A DNA stretch of 64,000 nucleotides, taken from positions 12,896,001-12,960,000 of the forward strand of contig NC_042999.1 in assembly GCF_006345805.1 (NCBI RefSeq). Direction: 5' to 3'. The notes beneath the pieces are model-generated. The model had not been told where the DNA came from and searched no databases. It saw only the letters and a list, made by a program, of their open reading frames with translations. Made by a program: the position numbers and the translations under genes. This document shows, in pieces, positions 62,256 through 64,000 of this stretch; the stretch's first letter is position 1, and each line of letters opens with the position of its first letter. This DNA comes from Octopus sinensis. Its lineage: Eukaryota.

Positions 62256-64000
62256 TTCTCAATCATAGTAAGTTACAAATCATCTTCATCTTCTCTTCCA
62301 TAAGGTTTAACATCTTGCTTAATCCCCAAATACATTTTTTTTTTTTTGCTTTTTGCATGCTTATTCAAGAGTTAGTGTCATGAGTCACAAGTTGTAACTA
62401 TTCAATTGACTCCACAACTCTGTTTCATTTATGTTAATGCAATCTATTTTATATCAAAGTGAAACTCTGTAAAAATACTTGCTTGCATACATCCACCCAT
62501 GCCAGCATGGAAAGCGGATGTTAAACGATGATGATGAGGAAATGAACAGACTAGAATTAAGAAGCAACTAACGAGATCAATATTTGAGCAGAGTAGGTAA
62601 GGTGTTTGTTCCATGGAAATAAGAGTCCAAGGAGGAGTGAGGAGGAGAGAGAATTAAGTGACAATAACCATGGAGAGTGTTTGCCAACAAAGTCAGAGAA
62701 AATGGCTACATTCTCCTCTATTAGAGGGTACGAGTTAATAGAAGAATAGGGTTAGATGTATGAAATTACACAAACAACTTCAGGTAATGCTCTAAATCAC
62801 AAGCTGGCACACTCCAAGAAGATTGTTAGATCTCTTATATCACACTGAGAACATATATAAAAATGATCCGACAGGATAACTTCAACATGCACCTTCTTTT
62901 TTACAGGCACAGGCTTGGCTGTATGGTTAAGAAGTTTACTTCACAACCACACAACTTTGGGTTCAGTTTCACCACATGGCACATTGAGCAAGTGTCTATT
63001 TGTTCTACATTTATTCCTTGCTGTTACATGCTTTCTAGTTACTAACATAAATGTAAAGATAATTTTCTTAGGTCCTATGAATTTATTAAGTCACTATAAG
63101 ATTATTCTGCTTATTTCAAGGTCTTTTCCACACTTCAGTCATCAAGGAAGCTAATAACTCAAATGGAAAATATATATCGAGATAGGTTGGTAGGTAAGTA
63201 GCTATAGATAGATTTGCTACAGTAATACAAGTTCAAATGTTCAGTTTTGTCTTTTTCTTAACACCATCGATAAATGTATATTGTAAAAACTGTCATTCAT
63301 AATAAGCCTTGCATCAATGTGTTTTGTTTTAAAATAATTCTTCCTTTCACAACAAAAAGCTTGTTCCAGTCCCTTCTTTCACATTTTAACCTCTTCTATC
63401 CTCGTACAAAGTTGCCTCCTTCTCTACTGTAGTCCCACACAGTCGATGAGGAACTTAGTCTTGTGAGCTATAGGGCAGCATCAATAGAGCAGGTGCCACA
63501 TAAAAAGCAGCCAGTACACTCTCTAAAGTGATTTGTGTTAGGTAGAACATCCAACCATCGAAATCATACCAAAAAAGACACTGGAGCATAATAGTTTTCC
63601 AACTTGTCATATCTTGTTGAACCATCTAACTGACGTCAGCCTGGAAGACACATAAAACAATGAAGAAGATGATGATGGTGGCGAGGAGTCTGCAGCCATG
63701 TTATTGGAATTAGTTGATTTAAAGTAAAATAAAAGGGATTGATTTAGTTAAACTAAGATTAAAAAGAAACCTGCTCCCTTTTTATAACGATATCAAGAAA
63801 GTGTCAAAAAGTTATATTTTATTCATAAAGTAATTCTTTAGCAAAGTCTAGATCAAGTGTGACATATTTTTAACAAAAGAATTCCACTCTCCCATAATTA
63901 ATTAAAATTGTTCATCATTGTTTCTTTGGTGTTTCTCAAACTTAGCTTGCCCCAGAACCCTCAGGAGTTTTCAAAAACAGCAGAAACCATGCTTATATTT

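Noticed and set aside
41798-64000. DENND5 exon encoding ...PENVEWNPFD...AVGM and the start exon
   Set aside because: No matching codon pattern found; presumed to lie beyond position 64000.

Overview
AT-rich, repeat-dense eukaryotic genomic DNA. The SINE/RTE repeat landscape looks like an octopod cephalopod (inference from recall, not a database hit). The only host gene I can support is a DENND5 (Rab6-interacting protein 1) orthologue on the minus strand. Four GT-AG coding exons (41797-41263, 40403-40278, 20028-19844, 18440-17639) join in frame to give about 549 codons of the uDENN/DENN/dDENN module. I found neither the 5' exons nor the RUN/PLAT exons, so they probably lie outside the window. 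The rest is intron filled with mobile elements: a nearly intact RTE LINE carrying a PHD finger inside its RT protein, a head-to-tail CR1/L2-group LINE with four CCCH fingers apparently fused in frame to the endonuclease, many truncated RTE copies, a complete but decayed Tigger/pogo transposon, TTAA-flanked MITEs, tRNA-derived SINEs and microsatellites. There is no CRISPR array, operon or true tRNA/rRNA gene. The least expected observations are three. (i) A 52-nt copy of a DENND5 splice acceptor and exon start sits about 730 bp up-intron, flanked by 11-bp direct repeats that are antisense to that exon's own donor junction. (ii) Two long, nested fold-back elements lie in the 20-kb intron and only appear once younger insertions are removed. 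(iii) Two full-length LINEs are stacked in (TA)n tracts. Repeat boundaries are by eye and approximate, except where splice sites or target-site duplications (TSDs) are quoted.
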